Source: Sphaerodactylus townsendi (lineage: Eukaryota). Taken from it: DNA of 64,000 nucleotides. Positions 1-14,280 of this stretch are shown here, piece by piece (position 1 is the stretch's first letter; each line of letters starts with the position of its first letter). A model generated the notes under the pieces. That model searched no databases, was not told the origin of the DNA, and saw only the letters and a list, made by a program, of their open reading frames with translations. Both the position numbers and the translations under genes were made by a program. The stretch is taken from assembly GCF_021028975.2 (NCBI RefSeq), contig NC_059428.1, positions 42,036,001-42,100,000 on the forward strand, written 5' to 3'.

Positions 1-397
1 TCAAACAGTTGTTGGACAGATGTTAAACAGTTGTCCAATAGTACAGATTTTCTAGTAAATTACAAATAGACTGATAAAGGAATTACATAAATGTAAATAT
101 TGTGACATAAATGTTGAAAATAAATGCTGATTTGGTTAGGAGTTATAGTTTTATTGTCTCCTTTGTAAGAAGCTATATTTATAAACATCTCCCAAATTAA
201 TAAAACATACTTCCATTGCCCTGATACAGCTTGTTTATAGTGATTTCCACTTTGTATACTTCAGCTTAAAGAAAATACTGAAGTGTGACTCAGAATGAGA
301 ATTACACTTCTGCACTGCATGGACATGTAAAGTATTGAAGTTATGAAATAGACTTTAAAAAATCTTTAACATCTCTTATAATGTTGGGGCTTTACAC

Positions 398-550
398 AAG
401 AAGAGTTTGGATTTATAATCAATCTCCCCCCCCCCCCCCCCCCCCGGGTCTCTCCTGTAAGGAGATGCAAAGGGTCTTACAAACTCCTTTCTCTTCCTCT
501 TTTCACAAGAGACTCCTTGTGAGGTTGGTGGGGCTGAGGGAGTTCTGAGG
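398..550 (-). mobile_element. Sauria-type SINE 3' fragment
   Basis: Reverse complement resembles the SINE 3' end at 33100-33210 (ctcacaagg...tataaatccaaactcttctt). Confidence 0.55.
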
Positions 551-753
551 GATAGATTTTTTATTGGGTAGGTTTGGGGGGCAGGGCCACACCCCCAATC
601 ATCCCTGTGGTGGGCCACGCCTCCCCAAGGCCACCTCCAGCCTCAGTGCTTATACAAGCACCTCTCCCAGGCCAGGGATGGCAGACTCCCCTGCCCTGCC
701 CCCTACCACGGGCTGGGCTTGCAGCCGGCAGTCCCTTTTGCCCTCCCTTCAGG

Positions 754-1262
754 CAGAGGTGTAGCTAGGGGAAATGAAGCCCAGTGCAAAATATGAGTTT
801 TACACACATATACACACCCATGCACAGCCGCTGTGATACTGGAATCCCAAACAGCATCACTTTCAATAGTGTTTAGGGAGTCCAGATTCTCCTTTTAAAT
901 CCACCTTAAAGGGAGAATCTGGTGTCCCCAGTTAAAACATTGAAAGTGATGCTGTTTTGGGGTGGATTCTCCCCCACCCTGAAGTAGCATCACTTTCAAT
1001 GTTTAAACTGGGGACCTCAGAGACTCCCTTTAAATCCATGCCAAAGGGGTGGATTTAAAAGGAGAATCTGGGGAAATGTGGGGAGTGCCTGCTGTCAGGG
1101 GTGCAATTGTTAAGCTAGCAGCACCAAACTTTCAGGGATCTTTAGGAGACTCTCCTGATGATACCACCCAGGTTTGGTGAAGTTTGGTTTAGGGGGTCCA
1201 AAGTTATGGACCCTGAAAAGTGGGGTCCAAAGTTATGGACCCCCCCCCTTCTTCTATTAGCT
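754..1262. mobile_element. Non-autonomous DNA transposon fragment, same family as 50233-51559
   Basis: Shares the ggtccaaagttatggaccc, caccaaactttcaggg and gagactctcctgatgatacc modules with the large palindromic element; internal inverted cagcatcactttcaat repeats. Confidence 0.55.
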
Positions 1263-1439
1263 CCCTTTTTGTGCCACTGCCAGTCATTTCTTCTTAGCCT
1301 GGCCCACCTGCAAGACTTCTAAGGCCAAAATGAGCACTCTAAATTCCTTGAAGGAAGGGCAAAGATAATCCTATCAACAGGAATGCTATTCCTAAATGAA
1401 AACTCCGCTTTAAAAAAATCAGCTTCGTAATCAATGCGT

Positions 1440-1860
1440 AATTTATCCTGACGTCATTAATTCCCATTGTACTCCGTAGAGTTCAATCCCAGTCAGTCAC
1501 GCAGGACTGCAGCACCGGTGGCTTTATTAAAGATTCGTTATGTGGCAAGTGGCGGAATTTTCTTAAAACGTCCTGGTATTTTAATTAAAAAATGGAGGAA
1601 TGCGGGCAGCTAATCAATATATAGCCCAACAGCCTACACATCGGCTCTGCGACTGCTACTTAACATAATAAAACCACCGGAATTTACGCACATCCCAGGA
1701 GCCAGATTACTCTGAACGCGCAGGTTATAGACGTATAAGAGACGCCATGAAAACAAATCCTCCCCGCCCCGCTTTTTTTGCTGAGACGCCTGAGTGACTG
1801 CAAGGCGCATGCGCGAGACTCACAAGCAAGGTGGAGGCGGCGGGGGAAAATGGCGGACGG
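1440..1860 (+). promoter_or_regulatory. PCNP CpG-island promoter
   Basis: CpG-rich; CRE TGACGTCA 1449-1456, NRF1-type GCGCATGCGC 1805-1814, YY1-type AAAATGGCGG overlapping the ATG (1847-1856). Confidence 0.7.
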
Positions 1861-4800
1861 CAAGGGGGACGATGAGAAGCCGAAGCGACCGCAACTTGAT
1901 GGAGGTGAACACACTGCGTCACTATGCCTCCCCCCCCCCTTCCCTGCATGAGGGGCTCGAGGGGTGCTTGTGGGGAAGACTAGAACCCAGTTTAGAGGAC
2001 TCGCGGGTCAAGGGGTGGCGGAGGCAAAGGGGGGGGGGCGGAGGGACGCCAGACGTCCTTCGCAGCCCTCAAGGGCCTTGGTGCTGGCGGGTTTTCTACG
2101 GCCTTGTATCGGCCTGTAATTGGCGTGGCGCCTCAGCAGAAACAGCCCCGCCATCTGGTGCTTCGGATGGACTTGTCGCGGCCCAAAGCCTCGAGCGGGA
2201 AGTCCCGCGGCTTTCTGCTGGCTCGCCATAGCCCCCTACCTGACTGATGCCGGCTGCTTAGGGTGCAGGGTCAGAAACTAATAACCGGAAGATGTTTTAA
2301 TTTCTTTCACTTTGAGGGTGGGGTTAAGTGGGTAAAATGACTATCCCCTGCCTGCAAATATAACGCTCTGTGACAATGGCGAGATTGCAGTTACCATTTT
2401 CGCCTGCGATACCGCAGTGCTGAAATACGAAAACGTCAGAACGTTGACACACATAAATTTATTTATATATTACATTTCAACCCCGCCAATCTCCCAAGGG
2501 GACTCGAGGCGGCTTCTATGTAAACATATAATAAATACAATAATATAAAAATAGTATAAAAATATAAACATTAAAAGCATTAAAATGGTTCTACACTACC
2601 CGTGAGCTGGTTCATGTAATTAACATGCATTTTTTGACCATGATCAAATTTTTGTCCGTTGTCAGGGGACCAGCTGGACTGAAGATGCTATCTCCCATGA
2701 ACATAAAATAGTAATATATGACTAAATACTTGAACAAGTATAATATAACAATGACTTTCTTTATTCTGAATATCTGTTTGGTCAACTCCAAAGGGAAGCT
2801 TAAGAATAAATTGACTGTGATGTGAGCTGGAGGCTCACTAGCCTAGAGTCTACTTTGTCAGATGTGTGCTACCAATAGGAACTGGATCTCACTTGTCAGT
2901 GAAATAGATATTAATCTTACAGTACTGTGGATGTACTGCTGATTGGGGATGAAGGCTAATTGGGTAAATAAGTAGAAAATTACTTAAATTCTAAAATATT
3001 GCACAAAACTGTTCCAACAAATATTTACCTGAACACACTCACAGCAAGTGGTAACTTTGCTAGAATTCCCTACCCCCCAGTCACATCTGACTTAGGGTAA
3101 CCCCTGGTGAGTTTTTAAGGCTTGATTGACCCTTCTTAACTTCTGAGATTTGATTAGTTCAGGCTAGCCTAGGCTATCCAGGATTTTCAGTCTACTCCAA
3201 ATAAAAGTGTTAATGTACTTATTTTCAGGTTTCACAATGGTACATTGTTAGCATAAACACATATGTGTACTTCATACACTTGGAGTCCTGTCATCCGTCA
3301 TTAGTTGATGATCCAAGGTTTTCTCAAAAGAGGTTGGGATGGCATTTCTAAAGGTTGGCAGAGGGGCACAAAAAGATGGAAACAAAGGTCTGGTGATATT
3401 AGCTTGTCTGTATGGGACCTTAGAAAGTGCAGATTTCAAAGCTCAGTTGTACAGGGATTTTAAAAAGGGAAGGAATAGTGATTTTTAATCCCAGGGGATC
3501 CCCCAAAAACCATACAGAGAAAATGTGACTGTGGTTGCTTTTGACCATGATCATCATTCCACCCTCTCCTTCCCCATTTGAGTTTGGGTTTGTTAGGACT
3601 AACACCAGAACTTGTTTCTTCTGTTAGATGACCTCACAAATATGTGGCCTCTATTCATATAAAATGTCTTTTAACTTGGTAGCCATAAGCCATAAAATAA
3701 ACTTTGTAGAAAAACAGTTTCCAAGCTGTTTCCTTGTGATGAAGTTGCAGCTTCTGCAGCAGATACAAGCAGCTAATTAAACTTCATCCCATACCTTTTG
3801 CTGTAAAATGGGAAAGGAAAAATAAAATGAAAATAAATAGGAACTTTCCCCAAAAACGACACTTGCAAATCACCAAAGATACTTTTCCGACTCCGAATTA
3901 CCTTAATTTAGTGGATCTTGGTTTCTATGTTAACAGAACAGATCTATTTTTTTTAGAAATTCTTTGACCTCCCTCCTTTGTTTTGATGTTGTTTCTTTTT
4001 TAATCATTACGTGATTTTTGACTCTACATATACTTTTTAATTGTTCAAATATTTTTTGTTTGTCACTTTCGGGACCCTGATCAGGTACAAAGGCAACATG
4101 GAAATATTTCAAATGAAATTAAAGGGAGAATCTGCATAGACAAGAGTTTTTGAGAAATTGTTTGGTTCCCTTGGAGCATTTTTAGTTGCCAGTACCAATG
4201 AGACAGCTTTGTTAATTTAAAAAAATGCTTAATTGGGCTGGCTATACCCTCCAAAGCCCTCAGTGGTTTGGCCACAGAATACTTAGAGTCTATCTTCTGC
4301 CTAATTTCCCGTTATGATCTATGATGGCAGCTGAGAAATCCACCCTCTAAGTGTGTCTTAACAAAGATGTGCACTATTGTTGACTTGTGCCTCCAAACTC
4401 CATCTCATTGCAGTCTCTCCAAAATCCAGACCAAAGCAGCATTTGGAAGCTTTCTAAGACTTGCTTGTCATTTCTGATTTTGCCCTGAAACTCACAGGAT
4501 TTTTTTTTTGGCACTTCTGTTATCCACTTTGATCCATTAGGATTGGACAGGCTGTAAATCTAAATAAATAAGTGAATTCCTCCTGTCATCTGGTTAGACC
4601 AACACATGATGAAAGTAAGAACATTGGCACACTACAGTGTTTAGTGACCTGCTTTTGTACTTCCATGAACTTGTGTATCAATCAAATAAATAATTTTAAA
4701 AGAACTGTTTAGATTTAGTACATCTTTTTCTGCTGACAGAGTTAAGTTTTCTAATCATATAGCCATCTGAATATTCAAATACCTCAGTTGATTGCTGCTG

Positions 4801-7800
4801 TTTGATTAGTTCCACTAAATGAAAACTTCCAATGTTGGCTTACTTCTAATGTCTTGTGTTTGAAAGGGCAAGACTAAAAACTACTTGGCCGCTAGTTCTG
4901 GCAGCCATTAGGGTTCAAGCTTGGCAGTCCAGCAAATCTTCTGTTGGCCATATGTAATAAATACAGTCATCTCCTAACAAAAATGCAGTGATCTCAATCC
5001 AAAGGACCATGTAAATTATGCTTACCCAAAGAAAATTTGAATGTGATTCCATTTTTGTTTTTAGTTATTTCTTCTGTACTAAACAATTCTGTAAATTGAA
5101 TAGCCTCTTGTAAAACTCCACATTAATCATGATTGCAAAACTGTGAAGGGCCCCTGCTTTGTCTTGCCCTTCCCCCCAAAAACCATGATAAAACATGTCT
5201 TCTGAAATGCTTTTCTGATATTTTTAGAATCCATGCTTCACTCTTTGAGCACACAAAATGGCTTCTGTACAAATGCAGACAACTTCTTGTTTCCTATGCT
5301 AAGCTTCTGAAAAAAACATTTCAGAAGAGTAGCTGGACTAGATAGAATAGAGATGGAGAATCCTGCAGCACCTTCAAAGCTAACTACTTTATTGTTGCAT
5401 AAGCTTTTATGAGGCAATAGTGCTGCAGCCACCAATTTAAGCTACTGATCTTTAACTATCTGAGGGATCTTCAGTCTGGGATAGACAAGTGCTGGTACAA
5501 ATGGGGATTGTTTGGAGGTGGACTTTGGGTGTCTAATTGAGTAGTTTTCTCTAGATTTGGTCTTTGCAGTCACTGTAGAGGTGCCATAGGGCTCCAGGAT
5601 GCTTAGTTTCAGTAGTTTTATGTACAATTGAATATTTTATGTACTGCATTAGTTATATGATTGGAGCTTCTTTCACTGTATGTCTATATTCTTACAGTGT
5701 GCTCTGTATAAACAGTTGTGGAGGCGCTGACACTGTAAGTGCAAAAGTCTCCTCTTCATAACAGTGCTTTATGAGGTTGCTGCTCCCATNNNNNNNNNNN
5801 NNNNNNNNNNNNNNNNNNNNNNNNNNNNNNNNNNNNNNNNNNNNNNNNNNNNNNNNNNNNNNNNNNNNNNNNNNNNNNNNNNNNNNNNNNNNNNNNNNNN
5901 NNNNNNNNNNNNNNNNNNNNNNGTGGAGAAGAGGGCAGCTGATGAAGAAAATGAAGACTTCACCACAAAGCCTGCACCTGCCAAAATGTCCAAGTTTGGG
6001 TTTGCCATAGGCACACAGATTGCAAAGAAGGCACCTGCAATATCCATCAAACTTGGAGCAAATGTAAGCTGTAGGCTGTTTTATGAATAAAAATGTAGTC
6101 TTGTTGCTAAAAAGGAAGTTAGTTAAGATACCTTATTTAAATTTTAGCCTACAAGTATTTATAGTAATTTACTGTCACAAAGGTCTAAGGGAGAATAATT
6201 TCTGGAAGTTGTTAGTGGGCATAAAATTCACTTGAAACACTGAAATAGCCCCTCCCCCCACATACTCCCTTGCTGTGATTTAAGGGATTATAAAATAGTA
6301 TAACAAGTAGTATCCACCTAGATGTCCGTGGATACATGAAGGGAGAGCAGTTCCCCCTGCCAGAAATCTGTTCTCTTTCTAAGCTGTCCTCTTTCTAAGC
6401 TATCCCTGGGGGATTCTTTGTCCCCCAGGAACAGCATGTTATGGTATGTTTTGGGCTGTTGAGGAAAGAGGAATTGATGAAAATTACCTGAGCCCCTTTT
6501 ACCCAGAAAAATCTAGGCAGCATCCAAACAAGAAACTGCCTAACCTCTTCAGAATAAGAGTGTAGTCCTATGCTGCCTTTGTAAAAGAGGCAAATTATTT
6601 ATTTATTCTTAATACTTAAGATGCAGATAATGTTCAAGAATTTATTGGCCTGCATCCAAAGAGTTGCTTAGGCTTATATTAGGGCCTTGTTCTTAGATGA
6701 GTTGAATTGACTTTTTTCCTTGAAAGTTGGCCATGCCGTATTAAAAGTTGCTTTTGACTTCTCTAAGGCCGTTTCCGCACGAAGGCGGAAATGGCCGGGT
6801 TGGCGTTCGGCGCCTCGACCGGCGACGCTGGGACGTCCGCATGGGCGGTCCTGAGCCGAAGGCTAAGCCGGGCAGCCGAGCGCTGAAGCGCCGGGCGCCG
6901 TCGGCAATTCGCATGTCTCGGGCCTCCGGCGTCGCCCGAGGCCTGGGGACATCGCCCTCTGGTTTCCTGGCGCACCTGCTCCAGCGGCGCGGGCAGGGTA
7001 AGCGTAGTCCCCAGGCACCGGCCAGAGGCTCAAACCCGAAGGTTCAGTCGGCGAGGTGGGGGGGCGCCGATGAAGCGCAGCTGCCATTCGCTCGGCAGCG
7101 GCTTCACGGCAGCTCAAAAGAGCTGCCTGCAGCGCTCTGGGGAAACGCCGGCTTCAGGCTGGGCGGGCGGCGCGGCTGCGTTGCAGCTGCCCCCCCCCCC
7201 CCCGTGCGAATGGCGGCCTGGAGACAGCGTTTTTACCGTCTCCAGGTTGCCATTTAATGCCCGTGCGGAAACGGCCTTAGCTTCAGAGTTGATTGCTTTG
7301 AAGCAGGGAAAACCTGATTTTCAACAGCAATCTTTGTATCTGGGGCTTTATAGTGGTTTAGATCTTGATGGCATTTACTAAGGTGATAAATCTACCAGGT
7401 TTATTTCTTTATCAATCTGAAATTCTATAATATAGGAGCAGCAGTGTGCTTTAAGTTAATGGGCTAGGTTTACATTCTGGTGCTGAAATAATTGTAGCCT
7501 TTGCTGCTTTTTAGAAACCTAAAGAGCCTACTCCATCCCTTGCTCCAAAAACTCTTTCTGTAGCAGCAGTCTTCAATGAAGATGATGATGTAAGTAAATA
7601 TCTCCTCACTGAATGGAGAAAAACAATTTTTGATGTTTTTGATTAGAATTATGTTCTGAGAAATGGGAGTTTCATAAATGTACTGTTGATACATTGCTAC
7701 TCGGGAACTGGCCCAAGATTCTTCTAAATCACCAGAGGTGTAAATGTCCTCTTGAGGTCTTAGAATAATTCTAAGATTAACTCTCCAATTAGCGTTTCAT

Positions 7801-10690
7801 GGTATATTGAAGGACTACAGAATACCTGTCTAGTCCTTTTTCTTAATGACCTATTTAAAGGTAGTGTAGTAATTGTTTAGTATTTTCAGCTTCTTTTGTA
7901 AATAGAATAATACTCTTTCTCGGTAAAACATCAGAGTTGCCCATTTGACCTAGGGTTCAAGAAGTGTGACAGTTGTAGAATTTGTAGAATGGGGGTGGGA
8001 TTAATCTGATATTGGCAATATGGGTAGTAGCTTTGTGTTTGAGGAGCATGGGACACCCACATTCATTATTAGGATTAAATCAAAACATTTAATTATGAAA
8101 TTGAGTTCTACGGATGCAAGCCACTGTCTTTTATAAAATGTTGCTTTGAGGAGGGAGGTGTTGGGGATCCCAAGAACAAAATGGGGTGTGGTGTGGGGGG
8201 TCTATATTGGGAGGAGGGAATTGCCAGAAGTTATTCTCCCCATCTGTGAATGGGTACTCTTCTTCTCACAGAGGAAACATTTGGATCCAACCACAGGGCT
8301 AACATACAACTATAATGTCCTTTCTTTGGAACATAGAACAGTTGGCTTAATGATTCAAATAAACATGAAAATGGTTGTTGGCCCCTTTTTGTCAGGATTT
8401 CAGGGAAATTGTAAGCTAATCTTCTAAAATGGAGGGGCTGGTGGTGTTTTAGAGGAGGAAAAAGGAAAATAAAAATTTAAAAGCTAACTTAATTTAATTC
8501 TTACAGTATTGTGGACCCAGATGAAAATTAATTTGGTAGCATAATTAATGCCATTTTCATGTGTTCTTTGTTCTAAAACCATCTAGAAATTAAGGGGGGA
8601 TCCATGCTATCTCATGTCCACTGGTTCTCTCACACTGCAATAGTGAGTCCATTTTCTACAAAATGAAGATCACATAAGCTCCCTATACTATTTTTTGCTT
8701 TGAAGCATTTTTCTCTCAGCTCAGCTTCTCTATGGCTCATTCTGCACATGCAAAATAATGCACTTTCAAACTGCTTTCAGTGCTCTTTGAAGCTGTGCGG
8801 AATAGCAAAATCCACTTGCAAATAGTTGTGAAAGTGGTTTGAAAACGCGTTATTTTGCGTGTGCGGAAGGGGCCTATTAGAAGCAAGCTGCATTGGAAGA
8901 AAAGTGCTCTAAGTGAGGTGGAAAGGGGCACTCTTACATTTTGATTGTGAACTAGGGGACACAGATCAGCCTCTCCTTTATTTGTCACACCTAGTTTAGT
9001 CTTGAGTTTCACTAGCATAGTAAAGCAATGTCTGCTGAGTTGGGAAAAGTAGGTTATACTTTCTTAAAACGTTCTTTCCAATAGGTATTTCCAATATTTA
9101 TTGAATATTTCAGCTCTTTGGAGTTCTAGATCAAACAGCATTTATCTAGATTTTAAACTGCATGGTTGAAAGTACCAAGTAATATATTGATCAGAATGGG
9201 TATGATGGAAGTGAGGTACTTGTTCTTCTTTGACTGTTCATAACAGTACCAGCTGTGTCTTCAGATCCAGATGCTTGAGAAATTACTACTGCTTGCAAGT
9301 GATATCTGCTAGGCTCTTTTCCAGAAACAGGATCATTCTTTTAGCTAAGAGGACCTCCCTTTAGTTTCTGACAATCCCTTAGAACTACATAGTTGAAAAA
9401 TGTAGACATGTCCCTGTTGGAGCTTAACTGATTACATTTTAATGTAGTGAGATGTGCAGACTTTCATGACCTAGCCTGTGTCTGGCCTCTATACCACACT
9501 GACTCTTAGCAACTTGACTACACAAAAATCAAATTTGTGACTGGCTTACATTCATTTTTCCCCGTAGAGTGAACCTGAAGAGATGCCTCCAGAAGCAAAA
9601 ATGCGAATGAAGAATATTGGAAGGTAAAGTAGCACTATGTAAAAAATAGGAAAATAGATGTTCAATATGTGGGTGATTTAGGAGTATATGGAAGGTGAAA
9701 AATTAGTGGGTTTTATAGATTTGGATTTGCCAAATAAAAGCTGTAACAGTTTTCTACCTGAAAGACAAAATAGTTTTAATATTGGAATCCTGCGTGGCAT
9801 CTTACTGTTCTTTGGCGTTTTCCCTTGTTTTTTCTTAGTACATCCTTTGCTTTCTGATACATTTTTAGTACAATGTATTAAAAGCTAATTGAATCATAAC
9901 TTTTTTTGAAGGCTAATTTTGATACGTGACTTCATTTTGGAGGGAGAATGACCGTATATTTGTAGGGTTTAATCTAATCTCTCTTTTCTCCTCCACTTGT
10001 GTGAGCTGAAGTACATTTTGGCTGGTTTCTTGCAACAACATCCCCCAGTGTTCCCACAGCCCTTGGAATCTCAGGAGTGACTTTCCAAGGGGCTGAGGAA
10101 GGAATGAGAGGTGGGAAAGATTTGCTCATGATTCATTAGGTCTCATCTGAAACAAACTGTGCAGAGTGTGTCGGCTGAATGTTACAATTTCCCAGCGCAC
10201 TTCTATATGATGTTTCTTTTATTGCTGATTGCCAGATAGTTTATCCAAATTCAGTGGGTTTTTCAAAAAAAATTACATTGCTACCATGTATTTGCCTATT
10301 GTATTATCTATGTTGCAATAAGGCTGATATTTCATAGAGATATCAAAGACAGTTTACACTTCTTTTGGAGATTGTGTTTAACCGTGGAGAGATAGTATCA
10401 CATTTTCTAGAAGTATTGGGTATTTGCCACTGTTTGTAATAAACTTTTAAATATACTTTTTGGTGGTTGTTGACAACCTACGAATACCCTGTGTACCTAA
10501 GCCTGTAAATCATGAATAGGAGCGTTAAAAAAATTATCCTGTTGCTTTTGTTCTTTGTCATAGGGATACACCAACTTCAGCAGGACCAAATTCTTTCAAC
10601 AAAGGCAAGCATGGATTTTCTGACCACCAGAAGCTATGGGAACGGAACATGAAAAGTCACCTTGGAAATGTTCGCGAACAAGATGAATAA
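1850..10690 (+). CDS. PCNP: PEST proteolytic signal-containing nuclear protein, 5 coding exons
   Basis: Exons 1850-1904 ([18 protein letters not shown]|gt), ?-6063 (5' part lost in N gap; ...[32 protein letters not shown]), 7515-7589 ([25 protein letters not shown]), 9568-9623 ([18 protein letters not shown]), 10564-10690 ([42 protein letters not shown]). Visible splice sites are GT-AG with consistent phases; syntenic with ZBTB11. Confidence 0.96.
5790..5922. other. Assembly gap (133 N) covering the acceptor and 5' part of PCNP exon 2
   Basis: Run of N; PCNP coding frame resumes right after it. Confidence 0.98.
6766..7277. mobile_element. Young GC-rich MITE (512 bp) in PCNP intron 2
   Basis: Perfect 16-bp TIRs AGGCCGTTTCCGCACG / CGTGCGGAAACGGCCT, TA on both flanks, CpG-dense interior in an AT-rich intron. 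Confidence 0.85.
8734..8874. mobile_element. MITE (141 bp) with related GGC..TTCYGCAC termini
   Basis: Imperfect TIR ggctcattctgcacatgcaaaataa / ttattttgcgtgtgcggaaggggcc; flanked by TAT direct repeat (8731-33, 8875-77). Confidence 0.75.
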
Positions 10691-13600
10691 GTTGTGTATT
10701 GTGATTTGGGTGTTGGGGGAATGGGAGGGTGTAACATAAAGGAACAGTTTCCTTTTTTTAGAGCGGTATAAGGCTATTTTGGGTACCACTTTTAAAGTTT
10801 CTAGTGGTGCACAAAAAACTGAGTTTAAAAGTAGAGGTAATTTATGTTTTGTATACAGATTTCAAAGCATTTGCTAATTTTGTAGCTCCATGCGATTAAT
10901 TTCACAAGGTTATGGAAAATAAAGACATTGGAAGTGGTACCTTTTTAAGATTTTTCTTTTACAACTATTCTTATGTGAAGACAGATAAAAGGTTGCTGTC
11001 TCTTGAATTTGTTTAAGTTGAATGCTGCTTCACTGAGATTTCCAACTCCTCCTCTGTAATGAGTGACATGCTTGTTTCCCTCAGGCTACATAGAAGGGGA
11101 ATACCATGCTGTAGACCAAGTCTTGTCAGGCTGTTTGTCATTCTAGATCACATACAAACCTGAAAGTTAGACTATAGTCGTTTAGTTAAACCTCCACCAA
11201 ACTCGGACTTCTGGCTGTGGTAGTTTAGCTTTATAATCTTGTTTTGAAACTTGTGTAATCTTTGTGGCCTGTTTTACCGTTAGAAATGGGTCTTATGTGT
11301 GCATAATGAAGATTTCCAGCAAAGATTAATCAGTAATTTTGGTGTCCTCTTAATCATGAGTTTTGACCAGTGCTTGTTAGTGTTTCTTTGTCAGTTCAAG
11401 ACAAATTATTGCAATGATTATCAACATAAAAAGACATTACCAAAAGTGTGACTTCCTATTTTATCATGTTATCTTAGTTGGGTTTCAGTATTTTTAGCAG
11501 TCCGTTAAGGAGAATAGAAGCTACATGCTTAAGTAAATGAATAACCAATTGTTGATTTAACAACATGGTCATATTTATATGGCTTAAAATTCTACTTTAG
11601 ACCTTTAAAGTATTTTATTTTTAATTGACACTATCACACTGAAGGACAACCTTTTACTCCAGTTTAATTCCAGAAATTACTATTTAGTATTAATTAACTT
11701 TTCATTTTTATCTGTGGCTGATCATATCTAGTTCGGCTGGATCAGTGGTAGGCTATCTTTTCTTATTAGTTTTACAATGGAGATTGTAATATCACTCCTA
11801 TTTAGTCCTGATCTTGTCTGCAAACATAAACTACTTGTTTAAGGAGGACTGAATTATTTTTGGTTGTGTCAGCAGTCACTACTGACAGGTCTAGAAAAAA
11901 CAAGCACTTCTAAAATTATGTGATAGTGTGCGCCTGAATTAGCTAGTAACCTGGGGTGGCAAAATTGGATCTTGCAAGTCTAGATATCACAAACTTATTT
12001 CAGTTTACCTGCTATCTTTTAAGTCAACCCATTGTGTTAAATTGGAGGGTAGCTGGTGGAACAAAACTTCATCTAAGTTTTGTTTGTCTTTTTGCATTTT
12101 AAAAGAACCGTGACCTTATAGGCTTCTCTGTATAAGTTTTTTTTTAAATTCTTGTATTTGTATGTGAATTTTTTTTGTCTGAAGTTAAAAACAACAACAA
12201 CCCTGTAACATAATTTCTTTAAAGGCTTTGTTACAAACATTAGAAATGTACACGTTATTTCTTTTATAATTGAAGTTGTTCAAATACTTGTGAAAGTTCA
12301 AGACTTCAAAAAATGTGTTGCGTCTGATCTTGTTGGCTCCTTATCATTGAAGCCAGTGGTCCAAAGCCACTGGGTTGGATCTTATGGTGGTTTCTTGTAA
12401 ACCCAAGGTTGTATTCCTTTGAGGAGGAATATGCAATTTCACCAGTGCTTTCCCTGCCTCCGCATCATGCCCTTGTAGCAGTTTTATGAACCCTAGGGTA
12501 GCATAGCAGAGTACACTGTTACTGGGTGGGGTGCGGAGAGACAGAGGAAAAGAATTTACAGGTAAGCACTTAATGTTTTTGTATAATATTTAGAAATTGC
12601 CTTACCTTTGTTGTTCTGTCCCAGCACATGGAACCAACTTCTGTACTGGTGTTCGCGTCTTACTTTCCTGAAAATTGGTTACATATTCTCTCATACTACC
12701 TTTAACGTCTAATACTGTTTAGCTTTGTAAATTGTAAACAGTTAAGAACCGAGACATTTATATACACTATAGTTAGTATTTTCTATCATCTATATATTTA
12801 ACAGTGAGGTTAGGCCCCTTTTGAGGATATCTAAATCTATGAATTAGGGCCACACTGACATTTTCTTGGAAACTTGACTGACACCCCCCCCCCCCCCGTC
12901 TCTAGGGGGGGAAACCCTGAAATCATAAAACAACATATATTGGGGGGATTAATTTTCCCCAAAAATAAGAGGGTTGTCTTCACATATACAGGCAGTCATG
13001 TGCCTTCTCCAGTCACCTGTGGCAGTGATAGGGGGATGCCTAGGAGCTGTGTTGGCCCCAACGATGACTATGGCAATGTGGGTGAAAGTGTTCTAGCAGT
13101 GAAGCCGGGAGCCATGCTGCTTCTGCTGGTGGTGTTGGTAATAATCAGGGGCATGGGTAGGAACCACCATGGCATTGGCAGTGGAGGGGGGGGGGGACCT
13201 GTGGCCTGACTAGCAGCAAAATTGAGAGCTGCCATGACCCTGCCAGCATTGTTGGCAATAGTGGGGGAGGGTGGAGAGTCACGGCAGCACTGGGGACAAC
13301 AGCAGAAATTTCCACTGTAGGCTCAATAGAACACATTTGGGATCCTAAAATCCCCCATAGTGTTCAAGAATCCACTAGGATTCATAAGCCTTCCTGGCCA
13401 GACCATTTTAACAAGGCCCTCTCTCATGTAGGATGTTGGAACCACATTCACCTTGGGTTTAAGTAGGTACTGGTTAACCATGGTTCAGGGTGAACCTCCT
13501 GCTCTGAAATTAAACCTTCCTTGAAAGGCTGAGTACAAAAGGATAAGTCCCGGATATGAACTCTTTCTAGCATTGCACCAGTCACAATTTGAGAGATAAG

Positions 13601-14079
13601 GCAATCAAAGGTATAAAATTCTAGGCTGGTGTCAATGAGGTATCAGCAGCATGAATGTTGAAATCCCCTAGAGCCATCAGTCTAGGTGTCTCCAACAGTA
13701 CCTCAGTCTACTGAGAGGATGTCCACTGGGCAACTACATGGCCAGTAAACAACAAGAATGACTAATCTACTCTTTGTAATGTAAGGAGCATACCATCAAT
13801 TCAAGCGATAGTTGATGCTGGAGGATCTCATGGAGAATTATAGCTACACCTTTTCCCCTGCCCCAGTCAGTTGTGCAGGGCGGGTGGTGGAATGTGTAAC
13901 CAGGAAGTGTTAGCTGGAACAAACATGTCAATTTCTAGAGCACAAATTATACGCAATATATACTAGTGTGCAAGAGCAGCTTTCCATCCTTAGCATAAAT
14001 GCGGGGTTTTTTTTCTATTTCAAGATAATAGTTTATATCTAAATTTTGCTGAATATTTTGTTACTGATCCATAGTATTG

Positions 14080-14280
14080 CACCCTGACCTCGATAGCTAC
14101 AGGCTCATCAGATCTCAGAAAATAAGGCTCATGCTTGGTTAGAAATGAGATGGGAGCTCTGCAAGGAATACAGGAGAAGTTATGTGGAGGTAGGCATTAG
14201 CAAACCACCACTGAACTTTTCTTGCTTAGAAAATCCTACAGATCATCATAAATCAGCCATGACTTGGCAAGACACACACA
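14080..14280 (+). mobile_element. Degenerate 5S rRNA-headed (5S-Sauria-like) SINE
   Basis: ctcatcagatctcagaa...ggttag...gatgggag resembles the 5S internal promoter, followed by a gcaaaccaccactgaa...gacttggca tail; a similar reversed remnant at ~3080-3183. Confidence 0.45.

Noticed and set aside
6748-7381. ORFs of 70-169 aa in PCNP intron 2
   Set aside because: They lie within the GC-rich MITE; no transposase motifs.
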